This document shows, in pieces, positions 9,325-18,963 of a stretch of 64,000 nt of DNA. The translations under genes were made by a program, and so were the position numbers. Under the pieces are notes generated by a model, which was not told the origin of the DNA, did not search any database, and saw nothing but the letters and a program-made list of their open reading frames with translations. The first letter of the stretch is position 1, and the number at the start of each line of letters is the position of its first letter. Source of the stretch: a virus; IMG/VR virus record IMGVR_UViG_3300002144_000620, positions 1-64,000 of that record. One strand, written 5' to 3'.

Positions 9325-10902
9325 TTATCTGAAACCTCCGATACCGAAGCTAACGATATTTTTACACTTGATAACACCATAGAAACGGTTATTAACCATT
9401 TTCTTAGCGTAACGAGTCATAATACCTTTAACTGGTGCGAAAGTGAACGGGTTGTACATTGTTGGAGTTAATTGCATCGGCACGTATGGTGCGTAGATGT
9501 AACCAGTATCCAATAATGAAGTACCTTTGTGTCCCATTAAGATTGTGTCAGCTGGGAAGTAAGGATCACGGTATACTTGGTATCTTCCACCCAATGAACC
9601 GATTCTTTCGATACCCATGTTGAATTTATCTTGCTCTGGAGCTGCATTAGATACGTGGAAGTACTCTAAATCGTCCAAAATAGCTGAAACCTCAGCAGAT
9701 ACAACGATCCAGTTAGCACCACCTCTTAATGTAGCTTTGTGAATTTGTGCAGAAACTTGGTTAACCGCAGTGATTAACGTTTGGTTCCACTCTTTTTGAG
9801 TATAGAAACCATTTGATGCAGAAATACCACCAGTATTAACTCTAGATCCAGAGTAATCCCATGTCATTCTCCATGCAGCACCTCTACGTAAATCTCTTAA
9901 GATTTCACGATCGATTTCAGCAGCAACTTGCTCAGATAATAAAGCTGTTAATTCAGCTTCAGCATCGATGTTGTGGAATGCACTAACATCTTGAGCTAAT
10001 TCTGGAGACCATTGAGCTCTTAATTTTCTCTCGATAACAGAAACTGTTACAGATTTAAGTTCAAAAGAAACTTCACCCATTTCATCACTGTACTCTAAAG
10101 ATTCGTATTCTTTAGCAGTTGCAGTAATACCTGATAAAGGTAAAGCTACTGTAGTACTGTTGTTAACTATAGCAACATAAACGTCACCGTTAGCTTCCAT
10201 AACTGAATTACCATATTTTTGAGCTGGTAAATAGAAATCGAAATCAGCGCTAGCTGTAGCAGAAAGTACAGATAGTGTTGACATAATTTCTTCAGAATTT
10301 TCCCAGTTTGAGATACTTGAAACGAAATTCATTTTTACGATTGAAGTAGTTCCAACTGGTACAGAAGTACCAACTAAAGCAGCGTAACCATTACCATTAG
10401 CGTCAAATTCATAAAGATTTGCAACAGTAACTGTTGCAGTTAGAGATGTAGCAGCACCTTTAGAGTTGTCATAAAGACCATTTTCTCCGTAGAATGCGTC
10501 ATACAAGTTAGGGCTAACTGAAGTTCCTGTTGGATCGATACCAGCAGAACCAGCACCAAATGCTGAATTCTCCAATTTCGGGATAAAGTAGAACAATTTA
10601 CCAATTGGTAAGTTCAACGCTTGTACCGAAACGATTTCGTTAGCTAATAATTTTGAGAATACTCTTCTCACGATTGGGAATACCACAGTTTCGAAAGAAC
10701 CTTCGTTACCTAATGCAACTGATTCATTAAGCATGTAAGATGCTTGATTTTCAAATAATTGTGCGATATTCTCTTTTTTGTGACCACCTAGACCTTCTAA
10801 AAGTCCAAGTCCGTCCCATCTGTTAATTACGTCAGTACGTACCTCTTTTAAATGATTAAGGCCTACGTTACCAACTTTTCCTGATTCTAATAATGCTCCC
10901 AT
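9325..10902 (-). CDS. Major capsid protein (T4 gp23-like)
   Basis: FPIVRRVF..LLANEIVSVQ, RKLRAQWSPELAQD, DAEAELTALLSEQVAAEIDREIL, YAPYVP and GIMTRY motifs. Confidence 0.96.
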   Translation of the reverse strand: MGALLESGKVGNVGLNHLKEVRTDVINRWDGLGLLEGLGGHKKENIAQLFENQASYMLNESVALGNEGSFETVVFPIVRRVFSKLLANEIVSVQALNLPIGKLFYFIPKLENSAFGAGSAGIDPTGTSVSPNLYDAFYGENGLYDNSKGAATSLTATVTVANLYEFDANGNGYAALVGTSVPVGTTSIVKMNFVSSISNWENSEEIMSTLSVLSATASADFDFYLPAQKYGNSVMEANGDVYVAIVNNSTTVALPLSGITATAKEYESLEYSDEMGEVSFELKSVTVSVIERKLRAQWSPELAQDVSAFHNIDAEAELTALLSEQVAAEIDREILRDLRRGAAWRMTWDYSGSRVNTGGISASNGFYTQKEWNQTLITAVNQVSAQIHKATLRGGANWIVVSAEVSAILDDLEYFHVSNAAPEQDKFNMGIERIGSLGGRYQVYRDPYFPADTILMGHKGTSLLDTGYIYAPYVPMQLTPTMYNPFTFAPVKGIMTRYAKKMVNNRFYGVIKCKNIVSFGIGGFR

Positions 10903-10935
10903 TTTAGTTTTTTTTAAGTTTTTATTTATTTATTT

Positions 10936-12138
10936 TTATTTAATTTTATTAATGATGTCAAGAACTCTTGTTAATTGTGGATCCTGATAAGCTGTTGATT
11001 CATTTAATTTTGATGAACCACTAGATTTAGGAGTTTCCATAATTCTCTCTTCTACCATTTGTTTAACAGCTGTTTTGTTTGAACCAATTTGGGTTTGCAT
11101 ACTATTAAAGATTTCTCTAGATTCAATTAAGTTTTTAGCCGTATCGAATCTTTTAAGGATTTCTAATTTTTCATCCTTAGTTGTAGAGTTTTCAGTAATA
11201 AGCTTAATTGCATACGTCAAGTTTGACGAAAACAAAGCAACTTCTTGTAACTGAGACTTAAGGTTTTTAATAGCTGATTTATATTCACCTTCAGAACTTT
11301 TAAATTCTTCAGATAGATTTTTAAAATCAACTAATTCTTGAGTCTTTTTATTATTTTCAGACACAACTTCTTGGTATTTTTTTCTCATAATAACCAAGCT
11401 CTCGTGTAACTCTTGTTCTTTAGTTTTAACATTTTCAACCTCTTCTACAGTTTCTTCTTCCATTTCAACTTCGGCAGCTTCTTCAACTGGCATTTCTTCT
11501 TCAGAAACGGTTTCAGCTAAATCAGCAACATCCTCTTCAGAAATTTCGATTTCATGTATAGGTTCTTCTTCCATATTGATTATTTCATCTTCCGAAACAT
11601 ATCCTTCTAGGTTTTCAGAAGCTTCGCTAGATTCCTCTAACTCTTCTGGTTCAAACGCAACAATTTCTTCTTCAGAACCTTCTTCAGGAGACTCTTCAGT
11701 TTCCTCTTCAGTTTCCTCTTCAGGGTTAATGTTGATTTGTACACCGCCTTCAGGTGTTTGGATGATTTCGATTTCATCTGCTGGGTTCATCAGTTCAAAG
11801 TGTTTTATAACATCTTCATCTGATTTATCGGTTAAGTCAATTACTTCCTCACCTTCTTCACTTTCGGGTTCTTCACCTTCTTGATCAAAAGCTTCTGGAT
11901 CAATATCCATAACCTCTTCTTCACCAGCCTGTTCTAAATCACCAGGTAAATCAGTACCTGGCATGTCATCTGTTAATTCATCGCTATTAATAACTTCTTC
12001 TTGTAAGTTATTTTTAACAATTTCTTCTAATTCATTCTTAAGGGTGCTTTTCAATGCGTGGTTAGCATTCTCTTTGACAGCTTGTCTTAATTCATGAATT
12101 TCAGCAAGGGTGTCTGCTAAAATATTTGTTTTACTCAT
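10936..12138 (-). CDS. Prohead scaffold/core protein (gp22-like)
   Basis: Very acidic coiled-coil protein directly upstream of the capsid gene, with many L/I-X-E putative protease sites. Confidence 0.75.
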   Translation of the reverse strand: MSKTNILADTLAEIHELRQAVKENANHALKSTLKNELEEIVKNNLQEEVINSDELTDDMPGTDLPGDLEQAGEEEVMDIDPEAFDQEGEEPESEEGEEVIDLTDKSDEDVIKHFELMNPADEIEIIQTPEGGVQININPEEETEEETEESPEEGSEEEIVAFEPEELEESSEASENLEGYVSEDEIINMEEEPIHEIEISEEDVADLAETVSEEEMPVEEAAEVEMEEETVEEVENVKTKEQELHESLVIMRKKYQEVVSENNKKTQELVDFKNLSEEFKSSEGEYKSAIKNLKSQLQEVALFSSNLTYAIKLITENSTTKDEKLEILKRFDTAKNLIESREIFNSMQTQIGSNKTAVKQMVEERIMETPKSSGSSKLNESTAYQDPQLTRVLDIINKIK

Positions 12139-12240
12139 ATCTTTAAATAATTAAAAATCGTTATGGTGTGTTATCTTAGTAATAAATACTATGAAAAAAT
12201 TAAAAATTCATAAAATTGTTCAAAGTATTAAATATTAAGC

Positions 12241-12272
12241 AAAAAAAAACCACCGTGATTAGCGGTGGCTTT
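12241..12272 (-). terminator. Intrinsic terminator
   Basis: Minus strand gccaccgctaatcacggtgg followed by a T run. Confidence 0.7.
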
Positions 12273-12293
12273 AATTAGAGTTTCAACTTTTCT

Positions 12294-12533
12294 TTAATCA
12301 GCGTTGATATCAACGTCTTTTGGTACGATAACTTTTACGAATCTAGACTCGTCAATTTTTAGGATTCTATATTCACCCGAATAACCCTCTAGATCCTTAA
12401 TTACCGTGGCTTCAGCATCAGTAACTGATATAGCTTTAGCTAAATAACTTTCTTTAATTTTTTTAATTTTACCTGTTTGATCGTCTTCAACGATGAACTG
12501 GATTGTAACTGTATACCAATAGTATGTCTTCAT
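12294..12533 (-). CDS. DUF4494-like small protein
   Basis: WY..TIQF..E...GKIKKIKESYL..A.SVTDAEA pattern resembles the Bacteroidota DUF4494 family. Confidence 0.6.
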   Translation of the reverse strand: MKTYYWYTVTIQFIVEDDQTGKIKKIKESYLAKAISVTDAEATVIKDLEGYSGEYRILKIDESRFVKVIVPKDVDINAD

Positions 12534-12555
12534 GAATTATATTTTTTTATTAGTA

Positions 12556-12586
12556 CAATAATAGATGTTTTTTTTTAAAAAACAAA
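12556..12586 (-). promoter_or_regulatory. Bacteroidota-type promoter
   Basis: TTTG-N19-TATTATTG on the minus strand upstream of 12533. Confidence 0.45.
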
Positions 12587-12587
12587 A

Positions 12588-13307
12588 TTACATACCTAAA
12601 AATTTATTCAAATTTGACATAAATTTATCTTCTTTACTAACATTGGTATCGCTTTCAGCTATTTCGTTAGGTTCTTTTAATACTTCGTCATACGCTTTAA
12701 AATCCTTAGCGTCTTTGTAAAGATAAGAACCAGGTGTAGATGGTGATGATACGATATCCCAACAGATTAATTCAAAATCATCTTGTACTACGTTCATACC
12801 GTTAACCTTTTTAAGACTACCAACACCTCTAGATGAGATACCTAATGTCATACCATACGATAAATACATAGCTACTAAATCACCGTTGCATGATATAAAA
12901 CCGTTTTTTCTAAACCCTTCTGAAACAAGTATTTCTAGTTTACCTATCAATACATTATCTTTCCAGAACATGTCGACAATTCTGTGTGGTGAACCCCCTT
13001 TTAGTGATATAACCGATTCTTGTGGGTGATCTAGTTCGTGGAAACTTGAGTTTCTCGCTATAACCTCTCTATATTTTTCAACTTCTCTCTTTAAGATGTT
13101 TTCTGGGTATACTCTACCGTTTCTATTTTCGGTACCATATTTTTGTAAAGTAGCGTAGTAATATATTGGACCAGATAAATCTATAGTACCTCTATCAGAT
13201 TCTTCGTTAATTATTTGACCATGTATACCGTCTGATACTGAACCAGCATCACCTTCGACTAAAATACCGAAACCCTCTTCGTTTTCTTTTAAAATTTTTA
13301 AACCCAT
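12588..13307 (-). CDS. Prohead protease (T4 gp21-like)
   Basis: NRNGRVYP, ELDHP, LGISSRGVGS and DIVSSPSTPG motifs. Confidence 0.92.
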   Translation of the reverse strand: MGLKILKENEEGFGILVEGDAGSVSDGIHGQIINEESDRGTIDLSGPIYYYATLQKYGTENRNGRVYPENILKREVEKYREVIARNSSFHELDHPQESVISLKGGSPHRIVDMFWKDNVLIGKLEILVSEGFRKNGFISCNGDLVAMYLSYGMTLGISSRGVGSLKKVNGMNVVQDDFELICWDIVSSPSTPGSYLYKDAKDFKAYDEVLKEPNEIAESDTNVSKEDKFMSNLNKFLGM

Positions 13308-13378
13308 TTGTATAAGAATTATATCATATAAATATAAAGAAAATGGTTTAAATACCCATTTACATATAAAACATTTTT

Positions 13379-13525
13379 TTACCGTTCATTTACCCAGTCT
13401 TCACATTCTTGTCTTGTTACAGCGGAAAAAACTACGCTTTCATTTAAATCTTTTACTAAAAAGAAGGGGACGTTACCTTCTATAGCTTCTTTAGTGTTTA
13501 TAAAGGGTTCTGATATTGTATACAT
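13379..13525 (-). CDS. Small hypothetical protein, 48 aa (not in ORF track)
   Basis: MYTISEPFINTKEAIEGNVPFFLVKDLNESVVFSAVTRQECEDWVNER*. ATG lies 3 nt after the stop of the LamG gene. Confidence 0.55.
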   Translation of the reverse strand: MYTISEPFINTKEAIEGNVPFFLVKDLNESVVFSAVTRQECEDWVNER

Positions 13526-13527
13526 AA

Positions 13528-14487
13528 TTAAAGTACTACTCGTGAAGATACGGCATTATAATTTTGAGTCATCTCTGTATCTGTTAATTGCCTATCGTAA
13601 AATAAAACATGATTTATGTAACCAGTACCTATTTGATCAGGTGTATAAATTTGTAAATTAGAAGTTGTTGAAGTTGTTGACCCTAAATTACCGTTATTAC
13701 CTGATCTACCACCAGTTTTACTTCCGTTTACCCATGATTGACCCCCTTGTGTTGAGTTATATTGGAGAGCAATCCATTTAGTTTGTCCAACACTTAATCT
13801 AGTAAAACCATAACCACCAATACCTACCCAACCTGAGTTTGTACCACACCCATACCACCCTAGTTGACCATCTTGATTATTCCCCTGATAGTTTTCAAAA
13901 TGGTATAAAATAAAAGAAGCGTTAACGTTATACCCTGCATTCCATTTATTTATTGGATGGTTAGCATATCCCGTCCCTGTTGATGTTTTAGTAATTAACG
14001 CACAAATTGTTAAATTCGAAATATTATTAGCCCATGATGGATTTCCGTAAATGGTACCGCTATATGAATTACCACCCATTAAATCATACATAGCGTTACC
14101 TGTTGTAGGGTATGAACTTACCTCACCAGCATCTAAGTACGATACTAAACCATCAGTAACTATATTAGGTAAGGAATTATTAACAGCTAATAAATTGGAT
14201 TGAGTGGCAATCCAAGATAAAGCTGATCCAACTGAAGTTATATTGCTTTGATTACCACCCTGCATTATAACGAAATTATAAAGCTCTTGATCAGACTGAG
14301 GTGAAAATATATAAGGATCACCTAATTCCGATGTTTTATAAATTACATAGTTTCCAGGGGTTGGGGTGATACCATTATACCAGCCCGTTGTGGTTGACAT
14401 ATCAATATTATTAACCCCTAAAGCTACATTTCCTTTACGTAAAGCGTTTGGTGGTGTTATAGTGGAATATTTTATTGAATTTGACAT
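13528..14487 (-). CDS. LamG/concanavalin A-like virion protein
   Basis: IVTDGLV.YLDAG..SSYP and YDRQLT..E.TQNYNA signature. N-terminus is paralogous to the 51375 and 52823 genes. Confidence 0.7.
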   Translation of the reverse strand: MSNSIKYSTITPPNALRKGNVALGVNNIDMSTTTGWYNGITPTPGNYVIYKTSELGDPYIFSPQSDQELYNFVIMQGGNQSNITSVGSALSWIATQSNLLAVNNSLPNIVTDGLVSYLDAGEVSSYPTTGNAMYDLMGGNSYSGTIYGNPSWANNISNLTICALITKTSTGTGYANHPINKWNAGYNVNASFILYHFENYQGNNQDGQLGWYGCGTNSGWVGIGGYGFTRLSVGQTKWIALQYNSTQGGQSWVNGSKTGGRSGNNGNLGSTTSTTSNLQIYTPDQIGTGYINHVLFYDRQLTDTEMTQNYNAVSSRVVL

Positions 14488-14543
14488 TATAACCCGTTTT
14501 ATTTATATAATATAAATACAAATAAAACGGATTAAATACCTAT

Positions 14544-15458
14544 TTAGTCATCAGAAATATTAAATCCAATCTTCTCATCAAATATTTTTGATTTACGTAA
14601 TCTTTTGATCGTATCATCATAACCATTCTTAAGTATGTATAAAGAAATAAAAACCTCTTTTAAGTGGGCCATTGTATAATTGTTAGTATCTTTAACTAGT
14701 TTAGTTATATTATATAACTTTTTATCTTCTTTAGTTAATACAGATTCAAAATATAATTTTCGGTCCTCTTGGTTCGGTTTGTTAATTTTATATTTTTTGT
14801 CGAATCTAGATGGTCTATCTTTAATTCTTTCAGGTATTTTTTCTAGGTTATTTGTTGTGGCGACATATACAACATTATCAACTGAATTTAAACCATCTAA
14901 AAAATTTAAGAATACTTCTTCACCAAATTTTTCGATAACTAAATCAATATCCTCAATAATACAAAGTATTGGTCTTTCTTTTTCAACTTTTCTAACTAAT
15001 TTAGCCAATTCGATCCAATTAAATGGGTTATCGAAATATATTGATAACCCATTATATTTTTTTAATTCGTCAACAAGTAGATGTATTAGTGATGTTTTAC
15101 CACAACCAGGTTCACCGTATAATATAATACCTCTCTTTGGTGTTAGGTTATATTGTCTGAATCTTTCTATATTTTCCCAGAAATTGGTTAAATCTTTTAT
15201 TATTTCAGCATGTGGTAATGATGGTAAGTGAAAAAATTCGTCACTCTTGTAATCTAACCTAGAGATACCAAAACCACTACTATCGTTATATATCATATTA
15301 TATAAACCAGATTCGACAGATGCCACTGATTTAAAATTAAAATAAAACTCATTATTATTAATGGTATACCAAGATTCGATTGATGGTAAAATCGCAGCGA
15401 CCTTTTCTTTCGTGTAATCTACATCATCTTCGTAATATTCGTCTTCTAAATCATCCAT
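14544..15458 (-). CDS. AAA+ ATPase
   Basis: Walker A GEPGCGKT, Walker B IIEDID, ATTN sensor and RPSRFD arginine finger. Confidence 0.9.
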   Translation of the reverse strand: MDDLEDEYYEDDVDYTKEKVAAILPSIESWYTINNNEFYFNFKSVASVESGLYNMIYNDSSGFGISRLDYKSDEFFHLPSLPHAEIIKDLTNFWENIERFRQYNLTPKRGIILYGEPGCGKTSLIHLLVDELKKYNGLSIYFDNPFNWIELAKLVRKVEKERPILCIIEDIDLVIEKFGEEVFLNFLDGLNSVDNVVYVATTNNLEKIPERIKDRPSRFDKKYKINKPNQEDRKLYFESVLTKEDKKLYNITKLVKDTNNYTMAHLKEVFISLYILKNGYDDTIKRLRKSKIFDEKIGFNISDD

Positions 15459-15479
15459 ATTTTTCTTTGTTATTATTTA

Positions 15480-15905
15480 TTATATTTTTTTTGAGTAGTA
15501 TGTTAATTTGTTTTGTTCGAGTGACTGTATAACAATATTAGATACTTGTTGCATTTTTTTAAACATTAAATCTGAGTTAAATTCTATTTTAGTTATGGGG
15601 TATAGAGTAACTTCAATCGCCATAAAACTTCTTTTATCAATAGACATACCTGATGATCTTAAATCTAAATCTACTATAAAATTTTCTGAAAAAATAGTTC
15701 TGTCAAACCCTTCCCTTATTTTTAACATTATTTTTTTACGTATAGAGCGTATGTATGAATCATAATTATCGATATCACCTGGTTTAACCCATGAATCAAT
15801 ATTTAAGTATACAGCGTTTAATTTTACGGCATTTATAGTACCGTATTTAACCCGAAATCTTTCATCGGTGAAAAGTTTCTTTTCCTTACCAAATTTGCTT
15901 TGCAT
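15480..15905 (-). CDS. Hypothetical protein
   Basis: 141-aa ORF in operon orientation. Confidence 0.6.
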   Translation of the reverse strand: MQSKFGKEKKLFTDERFRVKYGTINAVKLNAVYLNIDSWVKPGDIDNYDSYIRSIRKKIMLKIREGFDRTIFSENFIVDLDLRSSGMSIDKRSFMAIEVTLYPITKIEFNSDLMFKKMQQVSNIVIQSLEQNKLTYYSKKI

Positions 15906-15988
15906 TCTTCTGTTTTCATTTTAATTTACTTTTATTATTAATATTTATAATAATAGTAAATTAAACGTATTTAAACAAATTTTTATGC

Positions 15989-16106
15989 TATTTATAGGTG
16001 TTATATTGGACTAAATTAGATTAAAGATATTCCGTCTTAGGACGGTGTTTTAGGACCGTTACCGTTTCGGTAACAAAAAAGCCAGGAATTCGCTACCCTG
16101 GCTTTT
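15989..16106 (+). ncRNA. Candidate structured non-coding RNA (three hairpins) preceded by a TATTTAT motif
   Basis: CCGTC-TTAG-GACGG (16032-45), GTTACCG-TTT-CGGTAAC (16058-74) and AAAAGCCAGG-N10-CCTGGCTTTT (16077-106) form a GC-rich island in an AT-rich intergenic region. Confidence 0.4.
16075..16106 (-). terminator. Intrinsic terminator for the portal operon (possibly bidirectional)
   Basis: GCCAGG/CCTGGC stem with U-tracts on both strands. Confidence 0.6.
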
Positions 16107-16127
16107 ATATTTTATGTGTTTTTGTAC

Positions 16128-16841
16128 TTAAATAAGAGTTTTATTTAAATCTAATATCTCATCGATTGTTTCTAATGTTGGGATATTTTTTTTCATTTCA
16201 TTTAATTTAACATTAACGGATAAAAGTTTTTTAACAACTATAATATCATCAGACTCGTTAATTGTTTTATCAACCAAATTTTTTGTGTCTTCTATTAACG
16301 TATCGTAATATTCTGTTATTTTAGAACTATCGTTTTCAGCAAAAATATTTAAAGCTTTAACCTGTTCCTCATTTAGTTGGGATATTTTATCGGTTAGGCT
16401 ATCACTAATCTTATCCATAGATTCTTGTAGAGATACTGTTTCAACATCAGATTTCATAAGATTTTTTATTAAGATAGTTTTATGTGTAACTTTTTCAAGT
16501 AGTGGTAATTTGTCGTTAAATACTAACTGGTCTATACTGTTATTTATAGTACCTTCTATTGAAACAACTACCTCTGTTAATTTTTTTAACTCGTCAGTAC
16601 ATGAACCGTCCAATGTTTTTAAATGTTTTATCGATTCCTCGACAAATTCTTTAGCAACTAATTCATCATCAAATTTTAATTCGTTTAATAAGTTATAAGT
16701 TTCATTAAATTCTCTTAACGAATTATTCTCTCTTAAAACCTTAACATATTTAGCAAAGGCTGATTTAAGGTCTTTCTCACCTTTATTACTCATTGTATTC
16801 TCTAAATTCGAGAGTACGCTTTCTTTTAATTCTCCAAACAT
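16128..16841 (-). CDS. Hypothetical head-associated helical protein
   Basis: Follows the portal gene, has an upstream TATTTAT motif and several L/I-X-E sites. Confidence 0.55.
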   Translation of the reverse strand: MFGELKESVLSNLENTMSNKGEKDLKSAFAKYVKVLRENNSLREFNETYNLLNELKFDDELVAKEFVEESIKHLKTLDGSCTDELKKLTEVVVSIEGTINNSIDQLVFNDKLPLLEKVTHKTILIKNLMKSDVETVSLQESMDKISDSLTDKISQLNEEQVKALNIFAENDSSKITEYYDTLIEDTKNLVDKTINESDDIIVVKKLLSVNVKLNEMKKNIPTLETIDEILDLNKTLI

Positions 16842-16865
16842 TTTATTTAATTTTTATATAAATAC

Positions 16866-18689
16866 TTATTCATTTATTAAATTATCGAGTTCGTTAATTG
16901 TTTTAATAAGCGACTCGTTAATTAATTTATTTTTATAATCTAATCGTTTTTTAGTTGTTTCAGCTAAAGGTTCTTCTGGAATGGACTCTTCAGGGCTAGA
17001 TACTTCTAAAGGAGTTGTGAAATCTGTACCTAAATCATCGGCACCAGTATCACCTAAATCACCACCAAGATCACCACCTAAATCACCACCTAAATCACCA
17101 CCACCAGATTCATTACCAAATCCAGTTCCTGTTTGAGTTTCATCACCAATCGTCATATTTGATGGGTCTATTTTATATAACTTATATATATCTCTAAATA
17201 TACCAGTTTGTTTAATAGTTTCACCAAGAGATTTAATTTCTTCACCACCAGCCTTTTCAACCGCTTGTCTTTGGATATCTAATTTAATCTCATCGTCACT
17301 CATGTTTAGGATCTCTTTCTTAGCATAAGTCATTGACATTGCACTAAACCCATTACCAGCATCTGAAACAGCGTCACGATACAACATAACTTTTTCTTTC
17401 CAGTTTTGGATTTTAAGCATCTCGGCTTGTGTTGATGGGCTGGTTAAAGTTAAAGTGAAGTTTTCTAAATCATCTTCAAAACCTTTACTATAAAGGTGTA
17501 CAATAGCCATTTTATTTAGTTCTTGTATTAAAGCTTTTTGTACTCTATGTACGGCTCTAGCAAATCTAACATCTAATATAGCTAAATTTTTACCATCACC
17601 TAAAGTCTCTTCAAAACCGATAAAGGCTTTAGGGACTCTTAGAGCGGCTAACATTTTTTTCTGGATATATTCTATATCTGCGATCTCAGAAAGGTTTTGT
17701 GCCCCAGGTAACGTCTCGATAGGCATAGCTAAGCCAGGATCTCTAACTGGAATAAAATAGTCTTGGTCAACAGCTAGAGCATTGTATCTAGTATCTTGGT
17801 TACCGTTCTCTTTATCAACCATAGTGGTTCTCTTAAAGTTATTAGCTATCTTATCAACGTAAGCGTCAACATCTTTATCATCCATATTACCAACGAATAC
17901 CTTGTAAACACGTCTTTCTGGCGCTCTAGTAACACGATAAACTAACATCGCATCTTCAGATAGTAATAGTTGTTTCCATATACGTCTAACCTTTTCCAAC
18001 ATAGATGTACCATAAGGTAATCTTCTATCGTCACCCAATAACCTGAAGTGTGATATTTCAAAGGAATTAAACTCAACATTTTTATCTTTCCAGAAGAAAG
18101 CAACGTTCTTTTCTTTTTGTTGACCCGCTAAACTAGTTACTTTCGAGAATCCAGGTTCGGATCTAGTCATTTCAATATTTGGTAACTGTGTTACACCAAC
18201 AATACCTTGACCAGGAACAACTTTATTATAAACGAAATTATCCCCATATTTACATAAGTTTCTAGCCCATGCTGTTAGGTTTGCGTCTATATCTAGTACG
18301 TTTGTAAATAAACGATTTAGTTCGTTTTTAATTCTAGTGCTATCAGAAAATACTGTTAATACACGACCGCTTTCGTTAGCTGTTGTGGCTTCTTCAGCGA
18401 ATATATCTAAAGCAACTGAGATCTCAGGAGTGTATTCCATAGCTTCGTAATCATAGTACGATGCGATTCTAGTTGGTTCGTAATAAACCGCTTTTTGATA
18501 AAGTTCGTTATCAATTTTTTTCCATTGGTTTTGTAAGTATATTGTTTGTTGAGCCTCTAACTTTTTTTTGTCTAGAGCTTCCCCTTCTAATCCATCAAAG
18601 GATTTTGGGTCAATAACATATTTAGGTCCATCGACCTCGTTACCCAGTACTTTATTTAACCTCTGGAATATTGTTAAATTATTTGCCAT
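16866..18689 (-). CDS. Portal protein (T4 gp20-like)
   Basis: KQLLLSEDAMLVYRVTRAPERRVYKVFVGN, DYFIPVR, IETLPGAQNL and ALRVPKAF motifs. Confidence 0.95.
   Translation of the reverse strand: MANNLTIFQRLNKVLGNEVDGPKYVIDPKSFDGLEGEALDKKKLEAQQTIYLQNQWKKIDNELYQKAVYYEPTRIASYYDYEAMEYTPEISVALDIFAEEATTANESGRVLTVFSDSTRIKNELNRLFTNVLDIDANLTAWARNLCKYGDNFVYNKVVPGQGIVGVTQLPNIEMTRSEPGFSKVTSLAGQQKEKNVAFFWKDKNVEFNSFEISHFRLLGDDRRLPYGTSMLEKVRRIWKQLLLSEDAMLVYRVTRAPERRVYKVFVGNMDDKDVDAYVDKIANNFKRTTMVDKENGNQDTRYNALAVDQDYFIPVRDPGLAMPIETLPGAQNLSEIADIEYIQKKMLAALRVPKAFIGFEETLGDGKNLAILDVRFARAVHRVQKALIQELNKMAIVHLYSKGFEDDLENFTLTLTSPSTQAEMLKIQNWKEKVMLYRDAVSDAGNGFSAMSMTYAKKEILNMSDDEIKLDIQRQAVEKAGGEEIKSLGETIKQTGIFRDIYKLYKIDPSNMTIGDETQTGTGFGNESGGGDLGGDLGGDLGGDLGDTGADDLGTDFTTPLEVSSPEESIPEEPLAETTKKRLDYKNKLINESLIKTINELDNLINE
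17053..17106 (-). repeat. 12-bp tandem repeat encoding (GGDL)x4 in the portal C-terminal tail
   Basis: GGGDLGGDLGGDLGGDLG. Confidence 0.8.
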
Positions 18690-18701
18690 ATTTTTTTTTT
18701 A

Positions 18702-18941
18702 TTAATCTACGTATTCACAATCAACAAATGGTGGGAATTTATAGTTACCAATTTCTGGTGACCATTCTTTTTTCTGTGTATAAGTTGTTGTGCCATCTGA
18801 TTCGGGTGAACATTGTAAAGCACTTAAAGTAACTTCTAACGCAATACCAGTTATCGGATCTACTTTTTTATTTGCTGCTCTTATTATGGATGATGATCCT
18901 GGTCCTGAGCTCCTACCTTGTTTAATGATTATGTTTCCCAT
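18702..18941 (-). CDS. Hypothetical protein between terminase and portal
   Basis: 79-aa ORF, tightly packed between its neighbours. Confidence 0.55.
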   Translation of the reverse strand: MGNIIIKQGRSSGPGSSSIIRAANKKVDPITGIALEVTLSALQCSPESDGTTTYTQKKEWSPEIGNYKFPPFVDCEYVD

Positions 18942-18963
18942 TTTGTTTTAATTTGATATTTTT

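Noticed and set aside
14544-15458. Clamp loader gp44
   Set aside because: Motifs (RGIILYG, EDID, RPSRFD) fit classic AAA ATPases, and the SRC motif of clamp loaders is absent.
16031-16106. tRNA or known riboswitch
   Set aside because: No cloverleaf with acceptor stem or T-loop GTTC pattern, and I could not match it to a named family; kept only as a candidate ncRNA.
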